A stretch of 64,000 nucleotides of DNA. Origin: Gemmatimonadota bacterium (GTDB lineage: Bacteria; Gemmatimonadota; Gemmatimonadetes; Palauibacterales; Palauibacteraceae). Of the stretch, positions 1-9,278 are shown piece by piece (position 1 is the stretch's first letter; every line of letters starts with the position of its first letter). Made by a program: the position numbers and the translations under genes. Under the pieces are notes generated by a model. The model was not told the origin of the DNA. It saw only the letters and a program-made list of their open reading frames with translations, and ran no database searches. The DNA lies in NCBI GenBank assembly GCA_039585235.1, contig JBDGWG010000022.1:780-64779 (forward strand), written 5' to 3'.

Positions 1-1
1 G

Positions 2-787
2 ATTGTGGCGGGGCGAGACGTGGCCGACACGGACGCTGAGGGCGCCGTCTCCGTCGTGCTGATCAACGAGACGATGGCCGAGACTCTGTACCCGGACCAG
101 AACCCGCTCGGGCGCGTGCTCGAGGTGGACCAGGGAGACGACACGGGCCGGTTCGAGATCATCGGGGTCGTGGGCGACGTTTCGATCTTCAGCCTGGACG
201 GCGGGCCCCAGATGACGATGTACTTCTCGTACCGGCAGCGCCGCTCCTCCGTGATGCGAATCGCGGTGCACACGGCCGGAGGTCCAGGCACGATCGTCGG
301 CCAGCTTCGGGAGATACTGCGCGGACTCGACCCCGACATCCCCCTGGCCGGCGCCGAGACGATGGACGAAGTGCTCAGCCGCTCGACATCGTTCCAGAGG
401 ACGGTGGCGGGCGCGGTGGGGGTTTTCGCGCTCGTAGCCCTGCTCCTGGCGGCGCTCGGGCTGTACGGGGTTCTGGCGTACCAGGTGACGCAGAGGACGC
501 ACGAGATCGGTATCCGGGTCGCGCTCGGGGCCCGCGCGGAGCACATCCTCAGGATGGTAATGGGTCACGGCTTCGCGCTGGTGGGCGTGGGGCTCGCGAT
601 CGGAGTCGTGGGCGCCCTGGCGGCCGCGCGGGCCATCCGTGGGCGCCTGTTCGAGGTCGGGGCCAGCGATCCCTTCACCTTCGTTAGCGTCGTCCTGTTC
701 TTCTCCCTCGTCGCCCTGGTCGCGTGCCTGCTGCCGTCGTGGCGGGCCTGGCGCGTCGATCCGGTGGTCGCGTTCCGGGCGGAGTAG
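2..787 (+). CDS. ABC transporter permease, MacB/FtsX-like (ADOP type), C-terminal part; 5' end lies outside the window
   Basis: The ORF is open to the window edge. It has C-terminal FtsX-type TM helices and the tail LLPSWRAWRVDPVVAFRAE. It is paralogous to the C-terminus of the full-length permease at 34330-36765. Confidence 0.8.
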   Translation: MVAGRDVADTDAEGAVSVVLINETMAETLYPDQNPLGRVLEVDQGDDTGRFEIIGVVGDVSIFSLDGGPQMTMYFSYRQRRSSVMRIAVHTAGGPGTIVGQLREILRGLDPDIPLAGAETMDEVLSRSTSFQRTVAGAVGVFALVALLLAALGLYGVLAYQVTQRTHEIGIRVALGARAEHILRMVMGHGFALVGVGLAIGVVGALAAARAIRGRLFEVGASDPFTFVSVVLFFSLVALVACLLPSWRAWRVDPVVAFRAE

Positions 788-1011
788 GGGCTGGGCCCGG
801 CTGGCTCAAGTCAGGGTCGAGAATAGACCTCTGCAGGCCGCCGATGGGCTGAAGGGCGGCCCACGACGGACCGCCCTCGGTCTTAGCGAACGCCGAGCTA
901 CGGGCTGACGTGGTTGGCGCCCGCACCGCCCGCGCCTTGCCCGCCTTCCCGGTCTCGCCGATCTTCGTGCCAGGCGATCTGCCGATCCAGTGACACCTGA
1001 AACACGAGCGA

Positions 1012-2799
1012 ATGGCGAACTCCACGCACGGAAACAGCCTGTGGAAAGTGCTCGGCCTGTACGCGGCCGGCTCCTGGGTCGTTCTCCAGGTGGTGGACGT
1101 TCTTGCGCAGAACGCAGGGCTTCCGCAGTGGGTGTTCACCCTCGCGCTGATCCTCCTCATCATCGGGCTCCCGATCGTGGGCGCGACGGCCTGGCTGCAC
1201 GGCATGGGACGTGGCCGTCCGGAAGGCGCCGCCCCCGAATCCCAGGCCACGGGGACCACGAGCGCGCCCAGGCAGCTGTTCACCTGGAGGAACGCCACAG
1301 GTGGCGGGGTGGCGGCGATGGCGCTGTGGGGAGTGCTGGTCACCGGCTGGCTGTTCTTCGGGCCGGACCGTGGCGCGCCCGGCGAACAGGACGCGAGCGC
1401 TTCTCCTGAAGTCGCGGCTCCCGACCTCCGCTCGGTGGCCGTTCTCCCATTCGCCACCCGCAGTGAGGACAGGCAGGACGAGTACTTCTCGGAGGGGATG
1501 CACGACGACGTCCTCACCCAGCTCTCCAAGATCGACTCGCTCACCGTGATTTCCCGTACCTCGGTCATGCAGTACGCGGGCACCACCAAGCCGATTCCCG
1601 AGATCGCGGCCGAGCTCGGCGTGGCGACCATTCTCGAGGGAGGGATCCAACGTTCCGGCGATCGGGTCCGCGTGAACGTGCAGCTCATCGAAGCGTCAAC
1701 GGACAGGCACATGTGGGCGGAGACGTATGACGAGGAGCTCACGGCCGCCAACGTGTTCGCGATCCAATCCGATCTGGCGAAGCAGATCGCGGCCGCATTG
1801 AAGGCGACGCTCTCTCCCGAGCAGACGGCGCGGATCGATGCGGCTCCGACGCAGAACCTGGAAGCGCTCGATCTGTATTCGCGCGCCCGCTACGTGATGC
1901 TGTCCGGCACGGGCCGCGGGGAATCGCTCGAGCAGGCCAGGGATCTCCTGCTGCGAGCGGTCGAGCTCGATCCTGACTACGCTCGGGCGTGGGCCCAGCT
2001 CGGTTCGGTGTACCTCACCCTGGGAAGCCAGGGGATTCTCCCCCCCGCCGAGGCACGGCGCCGGGCGCTGGAGGCGGTGGACCGGTCCCTGGAGCTCGAG
2101 CCGGATCTCCCGGACGCTCACTCAGCGCGGGCGCAGCTTCTGACCAGCGAACTGAGGTACGAGGAGGCGGAGCAGGAGAACCTCAGGGCCCTCGAGCTCA
2201 ATCCGGGCTCGGCGGAGGAGCACCGGCGCTACGCCCGGCTGCTGCTTCAGCTGAACCGCCACGACGAGGCGGCTCGCGAGGCGCGCCGCGCCGTAGAGCT
2301 CGATCCTCTGTCGGTGACGGCTCGGGCCACCCTGGGCGATGCGATGTGGTGGGCGGGCGATTGGGCCGGCACGGTCACGGAATCGCACAAGCTGATCGAA
2401 ATGGCTCCGGACCTGGCCTACGCCTACTACAACCTGGGGTACGGCTACGCCATGCAGGGTCAGAACGACGAGGCGATCCAGGCGTTCCAGAAGGCGGTCG
2501 AACTCGATCCGACGGATCCGTTGAACAGTCTGGGGCTGGCATGGTCATGGGCCCGGGCCGATCAACGTGATTCAGCCCTCGCGGCAGTCTCGACGGTTCC
2601 CGAGGAAGGAGCCCTGCTCAAGGAGATCGCGATCGTGTACGGCGAGTTGGGCGAGCTCGATACGGCGTACGACTACCTGTACCGCGCCGTGGAAGCAGAT
2701 CCGGGGAGCATCGGAACGCTGCAATCCGACCACTCGGCCGACCCGCTCAAGGCGGATCCCCGCTACGAAAATCTCCTGAGACGCGTCGGTCTGGAATAG
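1012..2799 (+). CDS. Membrane-anchored TPR-repeat protein with a TolB-N-like module
   Basis: ATG start and two N-terminal TM segments. It carries a SVAVLPFATRSEDRQDEYFSEGMHDDVLTQLSKI module, followed by multiple 34-aa TPR-like repeats (AWAQLGSVYL, AYYNLGYGYAMQGQNDEAIQAFQKAVELDP). Confidence 0.8.
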   Translation: MANSTHGNSLWKVLGLYAAGSWVVLQVVDVLAQNAGLPQWVFTLALILLIIGLPIVGATAWLHGMGRGRPEGAAPESQATGTTSAPRQLFTWRNATGGGVAAMALWGVLVTGWLFFGPDRGAPGEQDASASPEVAAPDLRSVAVLPFATRSEDRQDEYFSEGMHDDVLTQLSKIDSLTVISRTSVMQYAGTTKPIPEIAAELGVATILEGGIQRSGDRVRVNVQLIEASTDRHMWAETYDEELTAANVFAIQSDLAKQIAAALKATLSPEQTARIDAAPTQNLEALDLYSRARYVMLSGTGRGESLEQARDLLLRAVELDPDYARAWAQLGSVYLTLGSQGILPPAEARRRALEAVDRSLELEPDLPDAHSARAQLLTSELRYEEAEQENLRALELNPGSAEEHRRYARLLLQLNRHDEAAREARRAVELDPLSVTARATLGDAMWWAGDWAGTVTESHKLIEMAPDLAYAYYNLGYGYAMQGQNDEAIQAFQKAVELDPTDPLNSLGLAWSWARADQRDSALAAVSTVPEEGALLKEIAIVYGELGELDTAYDYLYRAVEADPGSIGTLQSDHSADPLKADPRYENLLRRVGLE

Positions 2800-3033
2800 C
2801 GGTTCGACTCGCCGGTGGTTTACCCGCCCTTCGGCCCGGGACTCGCCTGACTCAGCTCTTCAAAACCCTGAAACGGGGGCGAAGACCAGGCCCAGAAGCC
2901 CGAGGGTCGTCACGGTGAGGGCGGTCCAGAACTGGCTTCGGGGTGGACTGACCCAACGTCTTGCCCCGATCCGAAGCTTCGGACTAGTCTTAGCCCACGG
3001 CTTGCACTCTCACACGATTGCCGGGAGATACGC

Positions 3034-6000
3034 GTGCGCTCGATCGATCGCCGGACACCGCGCACCTTCGCTTGCGTCCTGAGCTTCCTGCTCGGTTCCG
3101 TAGTCCTGGTTCCCTCGACGCAGGGCCTCCACGCACAGGACTCGGAAGCCACTCTCACACTCACGCCGGCCCGTATTCTTACCCTTGTGAAGGGCGACCG
3201 CGCGGCCGAGGTCCGGGAGCCATTTCGGGCCATCGTGGTCGAGGATGGACGGCTCTTCCTCACGGACACCCGCAAGGGCGACGTGCTTTGGTTCGACGAG
3301 AACCTGGTCTGGAAGGGCAGCTTGGCGGCCCTGCACCCGGCGCGGGCTCTCGGGAGCCCCGTGCGGACGGTGGCGGACTCCCGCGGCCGGATCTACGTGG
3401 CGGATTCCGAGAACCGGCGCATTCACTGGTTCACGGGCGACCAGTTCGGCGGCTCGTGGAACGGACGCGGCCAGGATCCGGGCAGGTTCAACTCGCTGGA
3501 TGACATCGCGATCGACGCGGACGACATGGTATGGGCGGCCGACGGCGACCGCGGCGTCATCAACGTGTTCACTCCCGACGGCTTGCTCGAGCGGGTGATC
3601 ACCGGCTTCACGGGCGCGGGTTTCGCGAAGCCTACCCTCGTGGCCGTGGATCGCGCCCGTGGGGTGTACGTATACGATGCCGACCGCAAGACAGTGTTCG
3701 CCGGCAACATGGATGGCACGCACCGCTGGACGTTCGACCTAACGCAGCGGATGGGCGGCAAGAAGCTGTATGATCTCCAGGTCGATCCGACGGGCGCTGT
3801 GTTCCTCGTTCTCGATGACAATTCCCGGGTGGTGCTCCTGGAACCGTCGGGTGATTTGAGGGGCGAAATCTTCGGTCCGTCCGGCCGTCCGGCTCACTAC
3901 GAGCGGCTCACCGGGCTCTCGATCTCGCCCTCCCGCGGCGTCATCACGGTGGTGGATCAGAAAGACCTGGTCGTGCAGGAGATCCGGGTCGGGTGGCCGG
4001 ACGAATCGGCGTTCCTCGAGCCGGAGCGGCGCGCGTTCGAGTCTTTCGCGATTGACACGATTCAGGGCCAGGTCCTGGCCGTGTCCCCCGGATCGGCTGG
4101 CAGTGACGCGGAGGAGCGCTGGCTGGTGAGGTACGCGGAGGGCCTCAGCGTCGTGGATCCGTCGGGTCAGCGCGTGGGAGATGTGGTGCTCTCCACACTT
4201 CCAAGACCGCTCGTTACTACGGGCACCGCTAGCGGTTTCGTGCTGGTCGGGGCGGACCGCCGCATGCGGCTTCTATCGCGCGACGGCCAGGTGACGAGCT
4301 CGCTTCCGCAGGCCACGGCTGGCGGAGAGCTGAAACGCCCGGCGGCCCTCGCGTGGCGCGCGGGCGACGGGGCGATCGCGGTGTACGACCGGGACGATGA
4401 CGAGATCCAGATCCTCTCGTCGGAGGGAAGGTTCCTGCAGCGCGTGGGCCGCAAGGGTGTGGGCCCGGGCGAGATATCGAAGGCCGTCAGCCTGTCGTTC
4501 GACGACATGGGGAACCTGTTCGTGGTGGACCTCGACGGATCGCGCGTCCAGGAGTTCGACGACCACGGGATCTACGTGACCGGCGGGCCACCGGTCACCA
4601 TCAACCGAGGCGCCGGTAACGTGGCTCTCGGCGTCGGCGCGGACACCTGGGGGCGCACCTTCCTCCTGGATGAGGCTACCGGCACCGCGGCGCAGATCGG
4701 CCCGGACGGTGTGCAGTGCCAGGTCGGGGCCCCATGGCTCATGAGTCCGGTGGTAGGGCTCGCCGTGACCACGGCCGGCGACATGCTGATCGGCGGAGGC
4801 AAGGAGACCACATTGCGCACCGCGCGCTTCCGGTGCCTCGGTCCGCCGCCAACGCCCCGCGGCCTGCGCCTCACTCTGGATACGGGACCGGAGGGAGGCG
4901 TGTTGCTGTCATGGCTGCCGGGCACGCCCGGCGCGGCTTCGTTCGAGGTGTTCCGGCGCCAGGACGGCGGCGAAGACAAGCGCGTGGCGACGTCGACCGG
5001 ACCCTCCGCCCTGATCCCCCGGCAGGCCTGGGGCACACAGCCGGGCGAATTGTTCCTCCGGGGCGTAAGCGATCGCGGCGTGGCCGGTGAGTACTCGACC
5101 TCGGTCACGGACCGACTGACCCCGGCGCTTCGCGGACTCGCGGCGGGGGACGACGTCCCCGCAGCCGAGTCGCTCTTGCGCCAGGAGCTGGCCGTTGCGC
5201 AGGAAGAAGGGCGGGAGGACGTGGTGTCCCTGCGGGCCGTCTTCCTTCAGTCCATCATCGCGCAGGGCGAGTACGACCGGGCGCGCTCCGAGCTCGAGGC
5301 TTTCGAGGTGGCGCTCGATCCCGAGCGGGCGGCCCAGCTGCGCCTCGACATCGCACGGGCCGCGGTGTCCGGAGCCATCCGGGTCGGAGCCGGCGAGACC
5401 GCCGTCCAGTGGCTGCGCCCGATCGGCGAGGTAGCTCCCGAGACGCTGAGCCCGGTCGAGCGGCTCGCACTGGACCTGGACAATGCCGGAGACACGAATC
5501 TGGCGGCCGAGATGCTCGTCCGGCATGGGTATGAGGCCAGCCTCGATGGGGTCGAGCTCACGCTCGCCCTGGCGGCGGTGCAGGTTGCCGCCGACCGGCC
5601 GGGGCAGGCGATGAACACCCTGGTGGAGGCGTCACGGGAGGTCAGCGGACCCGGCCTCAAGCGTCAGCTCGACCGAGGGATCTTCGAGCTCGCCGCCGAC
5701 GTCACGGACGGCCTGCTGTACGGCTCGATCGTCGGACGCCAGGACCTGACGGCCGAGCAGCAGGTGGACGTCGTGCTCCGAGACCTGGAGACGTACTCTG
5801 CGGAAACCACCGGAAGCTCGGCCGAGGAGTGGGAGCTCCGCCTCGGCGCGCTCGCCGCCAAGCCTCGCATCCACCGCGCTGTCGAGCTCGAGGGAAGCGA
5901 TTTCGATGCGGCCCGCGAGCTGTACGAAGTGATCCTGGCGGAGACTCCCTTCCTTCTCCAGGAGGACGAAATCCGGGTACGCGGCAGACTCGGAGCCCTG

Positions 6001-6192
6001 GCCCTCGCCGAGGGTCGAGAAGAGGATGCCCGCGAGGCGTTCGGTCAGGTGCTCGCGATCTCGCCCGACTGGGTGCCATCCGAGGATGACTTCAGCCCGA
6101 GCGTACGGTCCTTCGTCGCCGCGATGCAGGCGGAGGCGAGGGAGGCGGGGTCTCCCGGCGAGCCCTCGGACCCGGGCGGAGGGGCCCCATGA
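3034..6192 (+). CDS. Secreted NHL-repeat beta-propeller protein with an FN3-like segment and a helical-repeat C-terminus
   Basis: GTG start and a signal peptide (FACVLSFLLGSVVLVPSTQGLHA). Repeated NHL-like blades are present (GRIYVADSENRRIHWF, MVWAADGDRGVINVF, GVYVYDADRKTVF, GNLFVVDLDGSRVQEF). The 1052-aa ORF has coding-like third-position GC. Confidence 0.75.
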   Translation: MRSIDRRTPRTFACVLSFLLGSVVLVPSTQGLHAQDSEATLTLTPARILTLVKGDRAAEVREPFRAIVVEDGRLFLTDTRKGDVLWFDENLVWKGSLAALHPARALGSPVRTVADSRGRIYVADSENRRIHWFTGDQFGGSWNGRGQDPGRFNSLDDIAIDADDMVWAADGDRGVINVFTPDGLLERVITGFTGAGFAKPTLVAVDRARGVYVYDADRKTVFAGNMDGTHRWTFDLTQRMGGKKLYDLQVDPTGAVFLVLDDNSRVVLLEPSGDLRGEIFGPSGRPAHYERLTGLSISPSRGVITVVDQKDLVVQEIRVGWPDESAFLEPERRAFESFAIDTIQGQVLAVSPGSAGSDAEERWLVRYAEGLSVVDPSGQRVGDVVLSTLPRPLVTTGTASGFVLVGADRRMRLLSRDGQVTSSLPQATAGGELKRPAALAWRAGDGAIAVYDRDDDEIQILSSEGRFLQRVGRKGVGPGEISKAVSLSFDDMGNLFVVDLDGSRVQEFDDHGIYVTGGPPVTINRGAGNVALGVGADTWGRTFLLDEATGTAAQIGPDGVQCQVGAPWLMSPVVGLAVTTAGDMLIGGGKETTLRTARFRCLGPPPTPRGLRLTLDTGPEGGVLLSWLPGTPGAASFEVFRRQDGGEDKRVATSTGPSALIPRQAWGTQPGELFLRGVSDRGVAGEYSTSVTDRLTPALRGLAAGDDVPAAESLLRQELAVAQEEGREDVVSLRAVFLQSIIAQGEYDRARSELEAFEVALDPERAAQLRLDIARAAVSGAIRVGAGETAVQWLRPIGEVAPETLSPVERLALDLDNAGDTNLAAEMLVRHGYEASLDGVELTLALAAVQVAADRPGQAMNTLVEASREVSGPGLKRQLDRGIFELAADVTDGLLYGSIVGRQDLTAEQQVDVVLRDLETYSAETTGSSAEEWELRLGALAAKPRIHRAVELEGSDFDAARELYEVILAETPFLLQEDEIRVRGRLGALALAEGREEDAREAFGQVLAISPDWVPSEDDFSPSVRSFVAAMQAEAREAGSPGEPSDPGGGAP

Positions 6193-7118
6193 CCGAACCT
6201 ACGATCGGTCCTGACGAAGGCGCTCCGGTTCGGCCGGGACAGGCAGAGCCCATGTTCACGGGTCGACGGCGAGGCAAGGGCCCCTCTCGAGGCCCGGTGC
6301 TGGGTAGCATCGCCGCGATCGTGCTGATCGGCGCGGCCATCGGGGCATGGCTTCAGTGGGGAGGCTCGGATGGTCCGGGCGGCTCCGAGGCTTCGGTGGC
6401 GGCCGACATGGCCGCCGATTCCGCGCAGATGGAAGCGAACGAGCCCCCGGCCGACACGACTCCGCCGCTTCCGCCTCCGGTGCGCCTCGCTGTCACGATC
6501 GAGCCGGCCGCGGCCACGGTCACGGTCGATGACTCCCTGACCGCAAGCCCGGACTCAGGGCTCGTGCTCGCCCCTGGTCCGCACCAGGTACATGCCGAGG
6601 CCGCCGGCTATCTGTCACTCGACACGCTGGTCGAGCTGACATCCGACCTGGCGCTCAGCCTGGCGCTGAAACGCGCGCCCCCGACGACCGGCACCCTGGA
6701 AGTGCGAGCCAACCTGGCCGGCCGGGTGCTCGTGGACGGGCGCGACAGGGGAGCGGCCCCGGTGACCGGGCTCAGGCTCCGCCCGGGCTCCCACACCGTC
6801 CGATTCGCTCCCGATGGCGCTGACGGACTGGCCGACGAGCAGACCGTGACGGTGCGGGCGGGGCAGGCGTCCAGCGCGGTGTTCGACATCACGGACGCGC
6901 TGATCTCGGTCGGCGTGCGGAATCCGAGGTGGGCGACGATCTACTCCGGCGAGGTGAAGATCGGCGATACGCCGCTGATCGAGCATCGGCTGCCCGCTCG
7001 CGTCTACACCCTGCGCGTCGCGCGGGAGGGCTACGTGGCGCAGGAGCGCCTCGTGCGGCTGACGCCAGGCCAGAGATTCGAGTGGGTGGATGTCGTGCTC
7101 GAGTCCGAGAGCCCGTGA
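6189..7118 (+). CDS. PEGA-domain protein with an N-terminal TM anchor
   Basis: The ATG overlaps the upstream stop (ATGA). There is a TM segment LGSIAAIVLIGAAIGAWL. Three PEGA-like repeats are present, for example RVLVDGRDRGAAPVTGLRLRPGSHTVRF and GEVKIGDTPLIEHRLPARVYTLRVAREGY. Confidence 0.75.
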   Translation: MTEPTIGPDEGAPVRPGQAEPMFTGRRRGKGPSRGPVLGSIAAIVLIGAAIGAWLQWGGSDGPGGSEASVAADMAADSAQMEANEPPADTTPPLPPPVRLAVTIEPAAATVTVDDSLTASPDSGLVLAPGPHQVHAEAAGYLSLDTLVELTSDLALSLALKRAPPTTGTLEVRANLAGRVLVDGRDRGAAPVTGLRLRPGSHTVRFAPDGADGLADEQTVTVRAGQASSAVFDITDALISVGVRNPRWATIYSGEVKIGDTPLIEHRLPARVYTLRVAREGYVAQERLVRLTPGQRFEWVDVVLESESP

Positions 7119-7693
7119 CGAGACCTGGACACCGCATCGATCTTTCCCTCCTGTTTCGAGCCCTGCGCTTCGCCGCGGATCATCACCGTCACGACAGGCG
7201 GAAGGGCGCGGATGCTTCGCCCTACATCAATCATCCGATCGCCGTCGCCTCCGAGCTGGTGGATGTCGGCATCGTGGATCCAGAAGTGCTGGCCGCGGCT
7301 CTGCTCCACGACACCGTCGAGGACACGATCGCCACGTCGGAGGAGATCCAACGTGAGTTCGGACCGCGGGTGAGAGAGCTCGTCGATGCCGTAACGGACG
7401 ACAAGAACCTCCGGTCGGGTGAACGAAAGCGTCTCCAAGTGGCGCATGCGCCCAATCTCGATCCGGACGCCAAGCGGATCAAGATATCTGACAAGATCTG
7501 CAACGCGCGGGACGTGGGTCACTCGCCGGCCGCGGGGTGGTCGCTCGAGCGCCGCCGTGAGTACCTGGACTGGACGGAGCGAGTCGTAGCGGGCTGCCGG
7601 GGTGTGAACCCGGCCCTGGAGGCCCGCTACGACGAAGTGCTCGCCGACTCGCGCTCTCGGCTGGCCGTCGCGGCGGCTGAGGCAGGCGAATGA
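7115..7693 (+). CDS. HD-domain (p)ppGpp hydrolase-like protein (small alarmone hydrolase, SpoT/Mesh1-type)
   Basis: The in-frame GTG at 7115 overlaps the upstream TGA (GTGA). Motifs are HHRHDRRKGADASPYINHPIAVA and LLHDTVEDT. The longer track ORF from 6929 would overlap the PEGA gene by 190 nt. Confidence 0.75.
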   Translation: MTRPGHRIDLSLLFRALRFAADHHRHDRRKGADASPYINHPIAVASELVDVGIVDPEVLAAALLHDTVEDTIATSEEIQREFGPRVRELVDAVTDDKNLRSGERKRLQVAHAPNLDPDAKRIKISDKICNARDVGHSPAAGWSLERRREYLDWTERVVAGCRGVNPALEARYDEVLADSRSRLAVAAAEAGE

Positions 7694-8250
7694 CACCGGG
7701 GAGGCTGACGCCCGAGCGGCCGACACCCAATTGCTACTGGGTCGCCCCGGGCTTCCTGGCCGGCAACTATCCGCGCACTCGCGATACCGGGCCATCCCGC
7801 GAAAAGCTCCGAAGCATCCTGGACGCGGGGATCACGTGCTTCGTGGACCTCACGACGCCCGACGATCCGCTCGAGCCGTACGAGCCGCTGCTCTCAGAGC
7901 TGACGGACGGCGCGGTGCTGGCGGTTCGTAACTCGTTTCCAATATACGACCTGTCGATTCCTGCTTCACGTAAACTCACACATGCTATCCTGGACACGAT
8001 CGACCGGGTGATCGGGAAGGGGGGGTCCGTCTACGTCCACTGCTGGGGTGGGATCGGCCGCACGGGGACGATCGTCGGCTGCTGGCTTGTCCGCCACGGG
8101 ATGACCGGCGAGGAGGCTCTCGCCCGTGTAGCCGAGTTGTGGGCCACCCGCCCGGGCTCCGGCTGGTCCACCTCGCCGCAGACGGAGGAGCAGTTCCGCT
8201 ACGTCCGCGAGTGGACGGAGGAGTCGCCCGAGTCGGGCGAGGGGACCTAG
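7690..8250 (+). CDS. Cys-based phosphatase (dual-specificity/PTP-like)
   Basis: The ATG overlaps the upstream stop (ATGA). It carries a CX5R P-loop, VHCWGGIGRTGT. Confidence 0.8.
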   Translation: MTPGRLTPERPTPNCYWVAPGFLAGNYPRTRDTGPSREKLRSILDAGITCFVDLTTPDDPLEPYEPLLSELTDGAVLAVRNSFPIYDLSIPASRKLTHAILDTIDRVIGKGGSVYVHCWGGIGRTGTIVGCWLVRHGMTGEEALARVAELWATRPGSGWSTSPQTEEQFRYVREWTEESPESGEGT

Positions 8251-8480
8251 TCCACCGTCAGCTCGTATCCCGCTGAATCCCGCAACTCATTGTCGCGGTC
8301 GGCCAGCGCCAAGATCGTCGACGGGCGCGTATCCGCGCCTGCCAGCCAGCTTAGGCTCCTTGATCCGGCGACTCAGAGGTGTAATTTATATACAAAGCGC
8401 CCCCTCGCTCGGTCTTCGTACGGTCCTGCCATTTCCCCACTTAATGGCCGACCTTCATTCGCTTGCGAGGAATACCCGCC

Positions 8481-9215
8481 ATGAAAACGATACAAATCAG
8501 ACGATCACGTCGCGGCGCGCTGGTCCTCGTCTTTTCCCTCGTCGCCTGGTACGGATGCGGCGATGACGACTCCGGCCCACAGGACGAGCAGACAGGGACC
8601 ACACTCCAGGGAACCGTCACGGTGTTCCAGGCCCAGGTCGTGCGCGGTGGGTTCGAGCTGGCCGCTACGGAGGGCGTGACCGTGGCGATCGGGTCCAAGT
8701 CCACGCAGACGGACGCTGACGGCCGCTTCGCGCTTCAGGACTTTGGGATCGGCACTCAGAACCTCCTGTTCTCGCGCGATGCCGGCACCGGCACATACGT
8801 GATGAGCGAGATCGAACGCGGAGACGCCTTCGTGCTCGATCAGATTCAGATCAGCGCGGGGCAGGTCTCGACCCAGCACACAGGAACGTGGGTCGGAACG
8901 GGTGGCTCCACCGATCCGGGCAGCCAGGGGCAGATGGCGCTCACCATGATCATTACGCAGAACGGAAACTCCCTGTCGGGGACGGCAAGCATTGGGGCGC
9001 CCGACAACACTTCATGGAACATCAGCGGCACGGAGACCGGCCATACCGCCGATGGCAGTTTCACGGTTACCAGCACGAACAGTGAGTGTGCTTCCGACGG
9101 CGACTTCACAGGCACGTTCGTGGCCGACACCCTCAGCGGGTCATTCATCGAGGTGGATCCGCCGGCCGGCTGCGGACCTCCGGAGCCGGGGATCTTCCGG
9201 GTGGTGAAGCAGTAG
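8481..9215 (+). CDS. Secreted hypothetical protein, possibly a lipoprotein, with a CarboxypepD_reg-like N-domain
   Basis: The ATG at 8481 has GAGGAA 8 nt upstream and is preferred over the TTG at 8463. There is a signal peptide ending in GC. No catalytic motif was recognised. Confidence 0.6.
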   Translation: MKTIQIRRSRRGALVLVFSLVAWYGCGDDDSGPQDEQTGTTLQGTVTVFQAQVVRGGFELAATEGVTVAIGSKSTQTDADGRFALQDFGIGTQNLLFSRDAGTGTYVMSEIERGDAFVLDQIQISAGQVSTQHTGTWVGTGGSTDPGSQGQMALTMIITQNGNSLSGTASIGAPDNTSWNISGTETGHTADGSFTVTSTNSECASDGDFTGTFVADTLSGSFIEVDPPAGCGPPEPGIFRVVKQ

Positions 9216-9242
9216 CGACCGGTAGGTCGGCGAGCAGCCCGG

Positions 9243-9260
9243 GCCGCCCGCGCGGGCGGC
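9243..9260. terminator. GC-rich perfect palindrome between convergent genes, possibly a bidirectional terminator
   Basis: GCCGCCCGC/GCGGGCGGC lies in the 63-bp gap between the 3' ends of 8481-9215 (+) and 9279-10349 (-). There is no clear U-tract. Confidence 0.4.
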
Positions 9261-9278
9261 AGCATCGAGTGAGTCGCG

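Noticed and set aside
684-1751. 355-aa and 250-aa ORFs on the minus strand
   Set aside because: They are antisense to the TPR protein gene and to the end of the permease gene. Their composition is Ser/Arg/Pro-rich.
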